Part shown: in pieces, positions 1 through 9,429 of the stretch
Position numbering within the stretch: position 1 is the stretch's first letter
Layout of the letters: the number at the start of each line of letters is the position of its first letter
Origin: a virus
Virus record (IMG/VR): IMGVR_UViG_3300045988_143931
Location: 64,001-128,000 of that record
Strand: one strand, 5' to 3'
DNA length: 64,000 nt
The notes under the pieces: generated by a model
The model's database searches: none
What the model was told of the DNA's origin: nothing
What the model saw: only the letters and a program-made list of their open reading frames with translations
Position numbers and translations under genes: made by a program

Positions 1-257
1 CAATATGTATTTGTAGAATATACATTACTACCACAAATACTACACCGATGTACAATTTTTGATTTTCCCAACAAGCCAAATTCTCTTTCGTTAGTTGTTG
101 GGATTCTCTTTTGCTTTCTTACACATTCTTCTATAGTATCTATATTAGCCATTAAATCTTTAATATCACCAACAGTTATAACTCCATTTTCATTACTATA
201 TGCAATTTTAAATTGTTGTATGGAAATCAATGCCGCATTTATTTCTTCTTCATACAT
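1..257 (-). CDS. hypothetical protein, truncated by window edge
   Basis: ATG at 257 (MYEEEINAAL...) preceded by GAGGTG. The frame stays open to position 1 and ends in a CxxC segment. Absent from the ORF track because no stop lies in the window. Confidence 0.5.
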   Translation of the reverse strand, partial: MYEEEINAALISIQQFKIAYSNENGVITVGDIKDLMANIDTIEECVRKQKRIPTTNEREFGLLGKSKIVHRCSICGSNVYSTNTY

Positions 258-267
258 TTATATCACC

Positions 268-474
268 TCAATCTCCTATTAGCCAATCTTTTCCATCACA
301 AGATTTGTGTTCTTGGACAATTTCATCAGTTAATTTTATATTTTCAAAAAATCCACTACCAATTGCTGCACAACCATATGAGCAATATTTATCTGTAAAC
401 CCAGTTCTTACAACAATAATTGAATTTTCAAGTAATGACTTGCCACATGTAGAACATTCCATATATCTTACCAT
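268..474 (-). CDS. hypothetical Cys-rich (zinc-ribbon-like) protein
   Basis: Track ORF; GAGGTG RBS upstream of ATG; CSTCG...CSYGC motifs. Confidence 0.6.
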   Translation of the reverse strand: MVRYMECSTCGKSLLENSIIVVRTGFTDKYCSYGCAAIGSGFFENIKLTDEIVQEHKSCDGKDWLIGD

Positions 475-804
475 TTATATCACCTCTTCCAATCTTCCCA
501 ATAAATCATTCTTTACTTCAATTAAAACTTGAATTCTATTTTGCATACTTATAACACCTATATCTCCATTACTCTTGTAATATTTTTGCAATTCATTTTC
601 ACACCTATTAATTTCCATATCAAGCTCACCAATATATTCTCTTATCTTTTCTCTCATATCTGGTTGATTCTCATACTGATATAGTTTTTGTAGTGGTTCT
701 TGCATTTTTTGATTAGAATCTAAATCAGCTTCAGCATATACAAACATACACTGATTTTTTATAAATGGCATATTCCAATTTAATTTTTGTATTAATTTAC
801 CCAT
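475..804 (-). CDS. hypothetical protein
   Basis: Track ORF; AAAGGTG RBS; abuts its neighbours. Confidence 0.6.
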   Translation of the reverse strand: MGKLIQKLNWNMPFIKNQCMFVYAEADLDSNQKMQEPLQKLYQYENQPDMREKIREYIGELDMEINRCENELQKYYKSNGDIGVISMQNRIQVLIEVKNDLLGRLEEVI

Positions 805-816
805 TATCTTTCACCT

Positions 817-954
817 TTAATCTTCAATTCCAAATGCATCATATAATCTAGTTTTTAATTCCAATATAGCCGTTTGCTCATTTGAATTTTTATCTAGTAG
901 TTCCATATTTACTGCCTCATCTATAATCATCTTTATATCATCAATATCGTACAT
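817..954 (-). CDS. hypothetical small protein (45 aa)
   Basis: Hand-called: GGGAGG RBS then ATG at 954 (MYDIDDIKMI...), TAA at 817-819. Fills the gap between track ORFs. Confidence 0.4.
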   Translation of the reverse strand: MYDIDDIKMIIDEAVNMELLDKNSNEQTAILELKTRLYDAFGIED

Positions 955-981
955 ACTATACTACCTCCCAAAACTTGAAAG

Positions 982-1212
982 TTAAATTTCTTTGCCTCTA
1001 TGTTCTATGAACCATCTATTTGCTATTGTATGAGTCAATTCAATTTGAAGCATTAATACAGTATTTGCTCCGAAATCTTTTTCATATTCTTTTTTAATTT
1101 TCCCCAATTCGTTATCATCTGGAAAACCAGATATTTTTTCTGCTTCAAGAAATTGTCCGTATAATACAGATAATTCTTCATCCGATTTTGTTTCAAATAT
1201 ATTCACATGCAT
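982..1212 (-). CDS. hypothetical protein
   Basis: Track ORF; GGGAG RBS. Confidence 0.6.
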   Translation of the reverse strand: MHVNIFETKSDEELSVLYGQFLEAEKISGFPDDNELGKIKKEYEKDFGANTVLMLQIELTHTIANRWFIEHRGKEI

Positions 1213-1252
1213 AATGATTATTCTCCCTTCTTAACTTGAAACTTAGATTTCT

Positions 1253-1525
1253 TTACTTATTCCAACCAGATTTGCTCCATAAAATACTTCCGTTTGCATT
1301 GCAGCTTAATTCAACTCCTTTGTTCTTGAACCATAATTCCATCCAATCAAAGAAATCTCTTGTTGGATTAATTGTAAAACTATCAACACTGTTCATACTT
1401 GGAAGCGTAATCTTTATTTGCGAATTTCCGCTTGTACCATATTCATCATATTCGTATCTAAAAGGACAACCTTTTAATGCAAGTTCATTGTTAAATTCTG
1501 TTACCATTTCTAATGTTATTTTCAT
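1253..1525 (-). CDS. hypothetical protein
   Basis: Track ORF; GGAAAGG RBS. Confidence 0.6.
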   Translation of the reverse strand: MKITLEMVTEFNNELALKGCPFRYEYDEYGTSGNSQIKITLPSMNSVDSFTINPTRDFFDWMELWFKNKGVELSCNANGSILWSKSGWNK

Positions 1526-1570
1526 ATTTTATTTTCCTTTCCACAAGAAACTTGGTTTCCTTAGTTTGCT

Positions 1571-2236
1571 TTATTTTTCACTAAACGAATTATTCTTATT
1601 AGGCATCTCCTCAATGATATCAGAATATTTATTATAGATGTTATTTTCAATTTCTTTTCTAGCTTTAATTGCATCATCTTTGTTAACAAAATAACCTAGA
1701 TGATGATTTTCACCATTAAAATATATTCTAGCCTGCCATTTTTGCTTATCTTTTTTCCATGATACACCAGGATAGCCGCTTGTATTTCTTGAAGTTTTTT
1801 TACCTAAATGAATAAAACTCTCTGCTTTTATGTTGCTATCTGGTAAATATTCTTCAGTTAGACATCCACAAGAATATCTTTTCACTAAATGAGAAATTGA
1901 AAGAGTTATCACATTGCCACATTTACATTTGCATATATACTGTGTACGACCATCTTCTCCTATAGTTGTGTCAATAACGGATAAAAGTCCAAATTTATCA
2001 CCTATTTTAACTCTTCCTTTTCCTAAATGTTTTTCTCTTTGATATTTTTTTTGATAGCACCCACAACTTTTTATTTTTTGCGATGTAATACTACTTGTTT
2101 GTGCATAAAAAATATTACCGCATTCACATTGACATTCCCAATACAATCTATTTTTCCCTTTATATTCTTTATATACTGGTTTAATTACTTTAAAATGTGG
2201 ATATTGTGTATTAGATAACTCTTTTCTCTTTCTCAT
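1571..2236 (-). CDS. AP2-domain DNA-binding protein with duplicated Cys module
   Basis: C-terminal YPGVSWKKDKQKWQARIYFNGENHHLGYFVNKDDAIKARKE matches the AP2/ERF fold signature. Two N-terminal repeats CxCxCGN...SCGC. Start moved to the ATG at 2236 (AGGAG 5 nt upstream). Confidence 0.7.
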   Translation of the reverse strand: MRKRKELSNTQYPHFKVIKPVYKEYKGKNRLYWECQCECGNIFYAQTSSITSQKIKSCGCYQKKYQREKHLGKGRVKIGDKFGLLSVIDTTIGEDGRTQYICKCKCGNVITLSISHLVKRYSCGCLTEEYLPDSNIKAESFIHLGKKTSRNTSGYPGVSWKKDKQKWQARIYFNGENHHLGYFVNKDDAIKARKEIENNIYNKYSDIIEEMPNKNNSFSEK

Positions 2237-2253
2237 TTTCTCTCCTAAAATCA

Positions 2254-2508
2254 CTACTGAAGCTGTTCTTCTATTTCTTTTTCGTTAAGAAATGATAAAT
2301 CATCAATATAAACACACACCTCTTTATTTTCTGTAAGAATCCAAATTACATCTCTTCCATTTCTACAAGTATTTAATGTAATTGTATCATCATTGATCCA
2401 CGATTGAATATTCTCTTCATCCAATTCATAGTTTATTTCATTTAATGCTTCAATAATTGCCTTCTTTTCCCTATCTTCTACCTTTGTGTTTTCGTTCCAT
2501 ACTAACAT
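2254..2508 (-). CDS. hypothetical protein
   Basis: Track ORF; TGGAGG RBS. Confidence 0.6.
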   Translation of the reverse strand: MLVWNENTKVEDREKKAIIEALNEINYELDEENIQSWINDDTITLNTCRNGRDVIWILTENKEVCVYIDDLSFLNEKEIEEQLQ

Positions 2509-2601
2509 ACTCTTTTACCTCCAATTTTCCAATGAATCTATTATTTATTGCTCCTTCCATTCTACATAATATCACCCAACAACTCAACTACTTCATTGCG
2601 T

Positions 2602-3120
2602 TTAATTGAATGGCATATACTCTTCATCCTCTTCACCATTTTCCTTAAAAATATCGTCATCTTCTCCATTATCAATACAAGTATCATAACCATCATTTCC
2701 AATTGTAAAATGTTGAAGAAAATCAACTTCAATAAAATTCGCCATTTCTTGAATTTTTCTTGTGATATTAATATCATTTACACTTGCATCTTTTGAACCA
2801 TTTGGATGATTATGAGCTACAATAAATTTATTCGCACCAGACAATAATAGAAATATTGCAAGCTCTCTCATTTTTATTATAGAAGTATCTGCTGTTCCAT
2901 GTGATAGTTCAAATACTCCTTGTGGAATCATTTGACAATTAAATGACATAATATAAACATATTCTTCTTCAAGATATTTCGTTTCAAATACTTGATTAAA
3001 AAAATCCACCATTTTATCATATGAAGAAAAATCCGAATTCCATTGAATTTTCTCTTTCTCTTTTAACATAGGTAAATTATTCTCTTTATTCCTAAATGTA
3101 ATATATCTTTTAATCTCCAT
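2602..3120 (-). CDS. RadC-like JAB/MPN domain protein
   Basis: FIVAHNHPNGSKDASVNDINITRKI matches the RadC/JAMM HNHPSG...D motif. Start set at MEIKRY (AAGGAG 8 nt upstream). Confidence 0.8.
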   Translation of the reverse strand: MEIKRYITFRNKENNLPMLKEKEKIQWNSDFSSYDKMVDFFNQVFETKYLEEEYVYIMSFNCQMIPQGVFELSHGTADTSIIKMRELAIFLLLSGANKFIVAHNHPNGSKDASVNDINITRKIQEMANFIEVDFLQHFTIGNDGYDTCIDNGEDDDIFKENGEEDEEYMPFN

Positions 3121-3133
3121 TATATATTCTCCT

Positions 3134-4153
3134 TTAAAAAATAGATTTTGCAATTATATTAGCAGCCATATCATTATACTGATTTAAATTATTTTTCAAA
3201 TATATCTTTGTTGTTTCGGTTCTAGCATGTCCTAATAACTGCTGAACCACATATATATTTTCATCTGTCTTTCCCAACATAATATTTGCAAACGAAGCCC
3301 TTAATTTATGAGGTGTTACTGAATATCCAAGAGCTTCCTTTGTATATTTTATAACAATATCAGATAATGATCTTTGTGTCATACGAGTTTTTGATTTTGA
3401 AATGAATAACGCATCTTCATTTTTATCTATTATTTTTTCTCGATCACACATCCAATCTAAAATAGCCTTTTCTAATTGAGAACTCATAGTAAAAGTCCTG
3501 TCTTTATGCCCCTTCTCAATTACACTTTTAATAATATGATTTTCAAAATCAATATCTTCAACATTGATTTCGCTTAATGCTGTTTCACGTATTCCAGTTT
3601 GCATAAATAACATCATAATTGCTCTGTCTCTTGATTTCCATTTATATTGCATAGCAACTGACCTTCTATTTCCTGCTCCACATTCTACAGCCAATAGTAC
3701 TTCTTTTAAATCATCTTCATCTAAGAATTTTCTATTAACAAAATCTTCTCCACGAACCCTTTTTATTTTATTCATAGGATTTTCAGTTATATAATCATTC
3801 TCCGTTAAGAAATCAAAAAAACTTTTTAATACACTATGATAACATTTCCTGTAAGATAATGAAGATTGTTTTTTATTTCCATTATTATCTGTTATATATT
3901 CTATTGAATCCAAAAAACGAGTAATGTCAAACTTTGTTATTTCAATAACTTTAATATGTTTAATATCACTCGGATTAATGTAATATAAAAATTTTGCTAT
4001 TTTTCTTATATATTCTCTACATGCTGTTGGTTGCCTTCCTGATTTAAATTCATAATAATATTCTGTTACATATTGTGGTAATAAAGACAATATTTCTTTT
4101 ATATTTTTTTCTATTTGTAATGAATGTTCTAATCTACCTTTCATTTTTATCAC
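3134..4153 (-). CDS. tyrosine recombinase (XerC/D / phage integrase family)
   Basis: Arg (TGIRETAL), Lys (KGHKDRT), HxxR (HKLRASF) and GH...Y (LLGHARTETTKIYL) are all present. Start uncertain: GTG at 4153 or ATG at 4144. Confidence 0.85.
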   Translation of the reverse strand: MIKMKGRLEHSLQIEKNIKEILSLLPQYVTEYYYEFKSGRQPTACREYIRKIAKFLYYINPSDIKHIKVIEITKFDITRFLDSIEYITDNNGNKKQSSLSYRKCYHSVLKSFFDFLTENDYITENPMNKIKRVRGEDFVNRKFLDEDDLKEVLLAVECGAGNRRSVAMQYKWKSRDRAIMMLFMQTGIRETALSEINVEDIDFENHIIKSVIEKGHKDRTFTMSSQLEKAILDWMCDREKIIDKNEDALFISKSKTRMTQRSLSDIVIKYTKEALGYSVTPHKLRASFANIMLGKTDENIYVVQQLLGHARTETTKIYLKNNLNQYNDMAANIIAKSIF

Positions 4154-4159
4154 CGTCCT

Positions 4160-4516
4160 TTATAGCAGCATATTATTTAATTTTTCAATATTATTTAATA
4201 AGTTTTTTAAACTGTTAGTGGCATCTTCAATTGTTTTAGATAAATCTTCTACATCTTCATCTTCTTTTTTATCAGTTTCCTTGTTTAAGCAGTCTTCAAA
4301 AACATGACCACCATTTTCAACATACATATTAAACAACATATCACCTGGAACTGTTTCAAATAATTTTCCATTATGATAAATCTCGTAATCAGGTACTTCA
4401 TTTATAGGTGCTTTAAATCTAAATATACATAAAATAGCAAATTGCGTATCATCATAACTGTCGAAATAATTTTTTTTCTCTGGTTTATCACTTGCAATAT
4501 AACACCATTCTTTCAT
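4160..4516 (-). CDS. hypothetical acidic protein
   Basis: Track ORF; start moved to ATG at 4516 (AAAGGAG 7 nt upstream). Confidence 0.6.
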   Translation of the reverse strand: MKEWCYIASDKPEKKNYFDSYDDTQFAILCIFRFKAPINEVPDYEIYHNGKLFETVPGDMLFNMYVENGGHVFEDCLNKETDKKEDEDVEDLSKTIEDATNSLKNLLNNIEKLNNMLL

Positions 4517-4529
4517 TATTTTATCTCCT

Positions 4530-5291
4530 TTATTTTTCACTTCGTCTATATTTTACTCTTGCCTCCCCCTCATCTATAAATTTATCTTTTAAAGAGTCAG
4601 CCATTGGGCGTAAAGTTGTTTCGTAATATAATTTTTGTTTATACCACGTACTATATGGTTCAGCCATATGTTCATAATATTCTTTTACATATTTATGGAA
4701 AAATTTATTTATATCTTCTATTAAAGCACCTTGACCAAGCATTTGTTCAATTGTTCCATCTGATAATCGAACAATTTTCTTTGTTTCAGGATTAAATAAT
4801 ACGGAAAATGATTGTTGACAAATTCCATAACCAGACCATAAATGTAACATTTTATAATGTTCTTCAGTAAAAATCATATATCTTTCAACGTATAATTTCC
4901 CCGTTTTAAAATCTTTATATTTTATTCCTGGATATTCCTCTTTTCTATGCTCATTGTCTCCGTATTTAATATGTGTTCTATCACTTTCCCCTCGTAATGC
5001 TTTCGCTTTTTCTTCCTGATATTTTTGCTCAACTCTACCAGCTGTAATATTTTGAGTATATCTACCAGTTTGTGCATCTTTAAGCCAAACATCACCATTA
5101 TAATCTCTCTCAGTTACCATAATATGATTGGTAGACAAGTCTCTTTTGTTCATATTATGATCTAAATAAGTGTTGGTTTCATTGTTTCTATATCTCGTCT
5201 TATGATCATTGTCTTCTATAGCATTTTTTACATCATTGACACCTTTACAACCAATTCCAAATATTGTATAAAATAATCCGAATAAACTCAT
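4530..5291 (-). CDS. hypothetical protein with short hydrophobic N-terminus
   Basis: Track ORF, 253 aa. N-terminus LFGLFYTIFGIGC is signal- or lipoprotein-like (weak). Confidence 0.65.
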   Translation of the reverse strand: MSLFGLFYTIFGIGCKGVNDVKNAIEDNDHKTRYRNNETNTYLDHNMNKRDLSTNHIMVTERDYNGDVWLKDAQTGRYTQNITAGRVEQKYQEEKAKALRGESDRTHIKYGDNEHRKEEYPGIKYKDFKTGKLYVERYMIFTEEHYKMLHLWSGYGICQQSFSVLFNPETKKIVRLSDGTIEQMLGQGALIEDINKFFHKYVKEYYEHMAEPYSTWYKQKLYYETTLRPMADSLKDKFIDEGEARVKYRRSEK

Positions 5292-5308
5292 ATAATTAAC
5301 CGCCTTTT

Positions 5309-5464
5309 TTATCTATGATTAATTCTATCTTTATAATCTTCACCAAAATTTTTTCTCATAAATTCTTCTGCATTTCTTTCTGCATTATTTTTTTCTTCTT
5401 TTTTATTATCTATAAATATTGTGATTGCAAACATTAATATTATTATACTTATAGCTGTACCCAT
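5309..5464 (-). CDS. small membrane protein (51 aa)
   Basis: Hand-called: AGGAGG RBS, ATG at 5464, one N-terminal hydrophobic helix (AISIIILMFAITIFI). Confidence 0.45.
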   Translation of the reverse strand: MGTAISIIILMFAITIFIDNKKEEKNNAERNAEEFMRKNFGEDYKDRINHR

Positions 5465-5519
5465 AATCCATATCCTCCTATTTAACTATTCACATCTCAT
5501 TATTACTATTCTAATTCTA

Positions 5520-5753
5520 TCATATGATTTTAAATTTTGCACTATATATCCAAGTATTAAAATGATCCATAGTAATGAATTTTAATACATCCTCAAATCC
5601 CTTTATTACATCGGTTGCAAACAAAAATCCTTTACTGTATCCCTCGTAATTATTATTAGGAATAATTGTAAGATATTTTCCATTCTTATGTATCTCGTGA
5701 CCTCTATTTTCCATCTCTTTCTTGAATTCTTTATAATCTATCATACTAAACAC
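5520..5753 (-). CDS. hypothetical protein
   Basis: Track ORF; GAAAGG RBS. Confidence 0.6.
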   Translation of the reverse strand: MFSMIDYKEFKKEMENRGHEIHKNGKYLTIIPNNNYEGYSKGFLFATDVIKGFEDVLKFITMDHFNTWIYSAKFKII

Positions 5754-5763
5754 AACCTTTCTT

Positions 5764-5807
5764 AATAAAAATAAAAGAAGTGAATGACAATATGGTTATT
5801 CACTTCT
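5764..5807 (-). terminator. intrinsic terminator
   Basis: 10-bp stem 5776-5785/5798-5807 followed on the minus strand by a U-run (plus-strand A-run 5764-5775). Confidence 0.65.
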
Positions 5808-5843
5808 TTATTCTCCACTATGTATCTATTAAAGAGAAAATGT

Positions 5844-6101
5844 TTATTCCCATTCTCCATTTGTTTTAATCTTGTTAATTACAGGTATTGCTATTTCCTG
5901 CATTACCTGTTTCAGCTCATCCTGCGAAGCTTTTCTTTCCTGTGCTTCGACAAGCTTTGTTGCATCAGTAGGAACTTCACATTTATATTCCATTGAATAT
6001 AATATTATTGCCTCATAAAATTTAGAAACATCTACCGTTTCCACTGCAAACTGAATCTTATGCAACAATTCTGTTTTATTTGCCTGTTCTTCATTAAGCA
6101 T
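5844..6101 (-). CDS. hypothetical protein
   Basis: Track ORF; AAAGGAGGAG RBS. Confidence 0.65.
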   Translation of the reverse strand: MLNEEQANKTELLHKIQFAVETVDVSKFYEAIILYSMEYKCEVPTDATKLVEAQERKASQDELKQVMQEIAIPVINKIKTNGEWE

Positions 6102-6132
6102 ATTTACTCCTCCTTTCTATTATTATGTATTA

Positions 6133-6360
6133 TTATATCACTATTGCTAATTCCTGCATAGTTTCTATTTTTTCTGTAGCAATTTCTTTACCTTCTGCAA
6201 TAGTCATACAAGAACATAATCTTGTCCATGCATTATAAGCTGTGTTGAATATCATTACATCATACTTCTGATTGAATGAATTAATTTCCATTCCAGCCGT
6301 ATATCTATTCACTATACGTATTTTTATTCCATTTACTCTAAAGTTTCTCATTACAATCAC
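6133..6360 (-). CDS. hypothetical protein
   Basis: Track ORF; start ambiguous (GTG 6360 or ATG 6351). Confidence 0.55.
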   Translation of the reverse strand: MIVMRNFRVNGIKIRIVNRYTAGMEINSFNQKYDVMIFNTAYNAWTRLCSCMTIAEGKEIATEKIETMQELAIVI

Positions 6361-6393
6361 AACCTTTCACTGTAAATTATCCATTCCTTTCAA

Positions 6394-6435
6394 TAAAAAA
6401 AAGAGACTGGATATTTTTTAATCTTTCCAATCTCT
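6394..6435 (-). terminator. intrinsic terminator
   Basis: 9-bp stem 6402-6410/6427-6435 with an 8-nt U-run on the minus strand (plus A-run 6394-6401). Confidence 0.65.
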
Positions 6436-6463
6436 TAAATGTTCTCTCTAAATTATTCAATTA

Positions 6464-6736
6464 TTACAAAATTTCATTTTGCTTTTCTAATAAAATTAAT
6501 AATGCACTCATTGTCATTTTCTGTATGTATTCATCTTTATCCAATTCTTTTTCAGTTATTGGCTGATCTTCATCAATAAAATCATAATTTACATACAATG
6601 TAACTCCTGAATTATCCTTGCACCATACTGCAACAACTTTGTCACCACCAAATTCTACAATATCTTCTTTAAGCTCTTTGATTAATTCCGAACATTCATA
6701 ACTAATTCCCAAACCTTGTTCATTTATAAATGCCAT
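6464..6736 (-). CDS. hypothetical protein
   Basis: Track ORF; GGAGGG RBS. Confidence 0.6.
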   Translation of the reverse strand: MAFINEQGLGISYECSELIKELKEDIVEFGGDKVVAVWCKDNSGVTLYVNYDFIDEDQPITEKELDKDEYIQKMTMSALLILLEKQNEIL

Positions 6737-6739
6737 TAT

Positions 6740-7255
6740 TTATCCCTCCAAATTTTTTATAAATCTAAATCCGTTTGCCGTAGTTTTCTTTTTAGAACCA
6801 TCCTTACGATAAAACCAATTGCCTTTTATAATACCTTCTTCAATAACTTCTGTTACTACTGGATGTTTTCTAGTACCAGACCATTCTAAGAAAGCACATT
6901 CCCATCTTTCTTCTGAAGGCTTAGATTCCATTCTTTTCTCTTTTTTATAATCTAAAAGCAATTCCTCAATTTTATCATCTGTCAAATTTTCTATTCTATT
7001 AATATCAAGCGAATAGAATTCTGTTTTATTATAGTGATTACTTGTATGATGCCATAAAGAATATCTCAAGCAAACTTCTTTCAATACTTTTATAGGAAGT
7101 CTTCTTAACTTCTCAATTGAACATTTCAATTCAATTTCTGTATCTTTAATTGTATCAAAAATATTTGCCTTTGTCCACTTACTTAATGGTTTCTCACCAT
7201 CTTCATAAGCTGCAACTGCATTGTTGCTCATCGACCATCCATTATACCCCGCCAT
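6740..7255 (-). CDS. hypothetical protein
   Basis: Track ORF, 171 aa. Confidence 0.6.
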   Translation of the reverse strand: MAGYNGWSMSNNAVAAYEDGEKPLSKWTKANIFDTIKDTEIELKCSIEKLRRLPIKVLKEVCLRYSLWHHTSNHYNKTEFYSLDINRIENLTDDKIEELLLDYKKEKRMESKPSEERWECAFLEWSGTRKHPVVTEVIEEGIIKGNWFYRKDGSKKKTTANGFRFIKNLEG

Positions 7256-7291
7256 ATTATCAACCTTCTTTCTTACATATTATATCACACT

Positions 7292-7486
7292 TTATTTCTC
7301 ATCCTCAATATCTTCTAAGCTGTCAATTCCTAACTCATCCATAATATCATCACAAAGACAACTTCCATCGCATTCAGCTCCATCATACATAACAGTCATC
7401 TCTTCAATATTTAAAACATAACGACTTTCTTTCTGTTGCTTAAATAATTTTAGTACCTGTCTTAATAAATATTCTTTCCTATCCAT
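7292..7486 (-). CDS. hypothetical acidic protein
   Basis: Track ORF; start moved to ATG at 7486 (AAAGGTGG 8 nt upstream). Confidence 0.55.
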   Translation of the reverse strand: MDRKEYLLRQVLKLFKQQKESRYVLNIEEMTVMYDGAECDGSCLCDDIMDELGIDSLEDIEDEK

Positions 7487-7504
7487 AAATTTTACCACCT
7501 TTCC

Positions 7505-7660
7505 TTAAACAAATTCAATGACAATTGCCTTATAAAATACTCCATCGACATTCTCAATCAATATTGTTTCATCCTGATCGCCTGTCATTATTATTATATC
7601 TTTCACATCTAATTCAATTTCTTCATTATTAAATAATAAGTCTTTAAATCTAATTTTCAT
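7505..7660 (-). CDS. hypothetical small protein
   Basis: Track ORF; start moved to MKIRFKDL (GGAGAG RBS). Confidence 0.5.
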   Translation of the reverse strand: MKIRFKDLLFNNEEIELDVKDIIIMTGDQDETILIENVDGVFYKAIVIEFV

Positions 7661-7696
7661 ATAATTTACTCTCCGAAATGTGCTTTTCATCTGGTT

Positions 7697-7906
7697 TTAT
7701 AATTCTAATAAAGAATACGCAACTCTTTCTCTTAATTCATCAATACATTCATTAGGAGTTTTAAATTCTTTAGTTTTTAATCTTGTCCCATTTTTAATTC
7801 CACCACTAACAGAATAAAGTTTCTGTCCTGTTTCCAATGTAATGATATTAATGGAAACACTCTCGTTTTTTACTTCAATAAAGTCTGTTCCAAATATATT
7901 TATCAT
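7697..7906 (-). CDS. hypothetical protein
   Basis: Track ORF; CGGAGG RBS. Confidence 0.6.
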   Translation of the reverse strand: MINIFGTDFIEVKNESVSINIITLETGQKLYSVSGGIKNGTRLKTKEFKTPNECIDELRERVAYSLLEL

Positions 7907-7942
7907 ATTATTAACCTCCGATTCAATCTTGAAATTTCCGTT

Positions 7943-8164
7943 TCATTGCCCAACTTTTATTTCGCTTCTGTCATAATTAGTCTGTATTCCAACAATTCCT
8001 TTTGGACTTTCACATAAAGCCCATCCAAAAGCAAGACAATTATGTAATCTAATGTCAGCTATATCTCTATCGCAACCATAATTATTAACAAGATAATCAA
8101 TTATCTCTTTATCAAAATCTTCTGGATATTTCTGTCCTATATAAAATACTTTTTCTACTTTCAT
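7943..8164 (-). CDS. hypothetical protein
   Basis: Track ORF in the co-oriented array. Confidence 0.55.
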   Translation of the reverse strand: MKVEKVFYIGQKYPEDFDKEIIDYLVNNYGCDRDIADIRLHNCLAFGWALCESPKGIVGIQTNYDRSEIKVGQ

Positions 8165-8180
8165 ATATAATCATTCCTAT

Positions 8181-8411
8181 CTAATTTAATTCCTGTTTAC
8201 ATTCTTCTAACAAATCGTCTACGGTCATTCCATCTGTATTTCTCCACCATAATTGTAAATTATCGTCTTGCGTGTTGACTTCTGCTAAAGGATCATCGAG
8301 CATTGGAATATTTTCATTATCACTTTGCATATCCTGTACAAATGCTTTCTTTGAATCCCATTCGTATTCCACATATTTCCCATCACAATTAATAACAACT
8401 ATATTCAACAT
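8181..8411 (-). CDS. hypothetical protein
   Basis: Track ORF; TGGAGG RBS. Confidence 0.6.
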   Translation of the reverse strand: MLNIVVINCDGKYVEYEWDSKKAFVQDMQSDNENIPMLDDPLAEVNTQDDNLQLWWRNTDGMTVDDLLEECKQELN

Positions 8412-8448
8412 AATATTTCCTCCAATCTGTCAGTAAATCATCGTTTCT

Positions 8449-8658
8449 TTAACTTTTCCCGATATTCCAAATATGCATCCGTTTATCTTCACTTACATAT
8501 TCATCTCCCTCTTTCGAGGATTTAGTCCATATAGACACTTTTTCTACTTCTTTCTTTCCATATTCAAGTTCGACATCTGCAAGAAGTTCTGGTAATGTAT
8601 CTATAAAACCATACCCACCATTTCCTGTATCTACTTCAATTCTATATTCATCATTCAT
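8449..8658 (-). CDS. hypothetical protein
   Basis: Track ORF; start moved to ATG at 8658 (TTGGAG RBS). Confidence 0.55.
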   Translation of the reverse strand: MNDEYRIEVDTGNGGYGFIDTLPELLADVELEYGKKEVEKVSIWTKSSKEGDEYVSEDKRMHIWNIGKS

Positions 8659-8689
8659 AATATTTTTCTCCAATCTTCATAGTAAATCC

Positions 8690-8869
8690 TCATTTCATAT
8701 TATTCTCAATTTCTTTTAGTCTCTCTTCTGAACCGCCAAATTCGTAACACTTACATGGTTCATTATCAACAGATACATCCTTTCCGTATTTCTTTCCGAA
8801 ACATCTTCCAAGCCATTCTTTTCTACATAGTTGGCAGTTATGCATATTCATTTCATGTGTTATGTGCAT
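8690..8869 (-). CDS. hypothetical Cys-rich protein
   Basis: Track ORF; AAGGAG 8 nt before the ATG at 8869. Confidence 0.55.
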   Translation of the reverse strand: MHITHEMNMHNCQLCRKEWLGRCFGKKYGKDVSVDNEPCKCYEFGGSEERLKEIENNMK

Positions 8870-8894
8870 AATTATCACTCCTTTTCATATGATT

Positions 8895-9161
8895 TTATTT
8901 TCCTAATTTTCTTCCACATTCGGGACAATACTTAATAGGGATGTAAATAGCACCAACACCTTCGCCATTAAAATAACCAGGACAAGTGAGAATTAATTCT
9001 GGTATAGCTGTTTGGTAATCGTGAATCACACCATCCCATTTATCATTTTCTAATACATTTCCATTCAATCTACCTTCGTTTAGATTATTACTATGGTATG
9101 GAAGTTTCGGTTGTTCCCATCCAAATTTTACATCTGTTCTTCTTTCGCAATATGTGCACAT
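8895..9161 (-). CDS. zinc-ribbon protein
   Basis: CTYCERR ... CPECGRK pairs; GGAGG 7 nt before the ATG at 9161. Confidence 0.6.
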   Translation of the reverse strand: MCTYCERRTDVKFGWEQPKLPYHSNNLNEGRLNGNVLENDKWDGVIHDYQTAIPELILTCPGYFNGEGVGAIYIPIKYCPECGRKLGK

Positions 9162-9184
9162 AATAATTCCTCCAATCTTACCAT

Positions 9185-9385
9185 TCACCTTAATACAATT
9201 AACTTTGTTTCTTCTACATATTTTCTTGCAGCATCATATCCATTTCTATTAAACTCACCTTCAATACTAAACCAAAGTGAATCTAAAAAATTTGGAATAG
9301 ATGCGAAATCTTTATTTGGATATTTTTCTCTATATCGTTTATACGCTATTTTATACAATTCATCTACTAAATCACGTTTCATCAT
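9185..9385 (-). CDS. hypothetical protein
   Basis: Track ORF trimmed to MMKRDLV (GGAGG 5 nt upstream). This removes the overlap with 9430..9747. Confidence 0.55.
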   Translation of the reverse strand: MMKRDLVDELYKIAYKRYREKYPNKDFASIPNFLDSLWFSIEGEFNRNGYDAARKYVEETKLIVLR

Positions 9386-9429
9386 ATATCCTCCGTTCTT
9401 ACAAAGAAACTCTTGTTTCAATCCACTAC

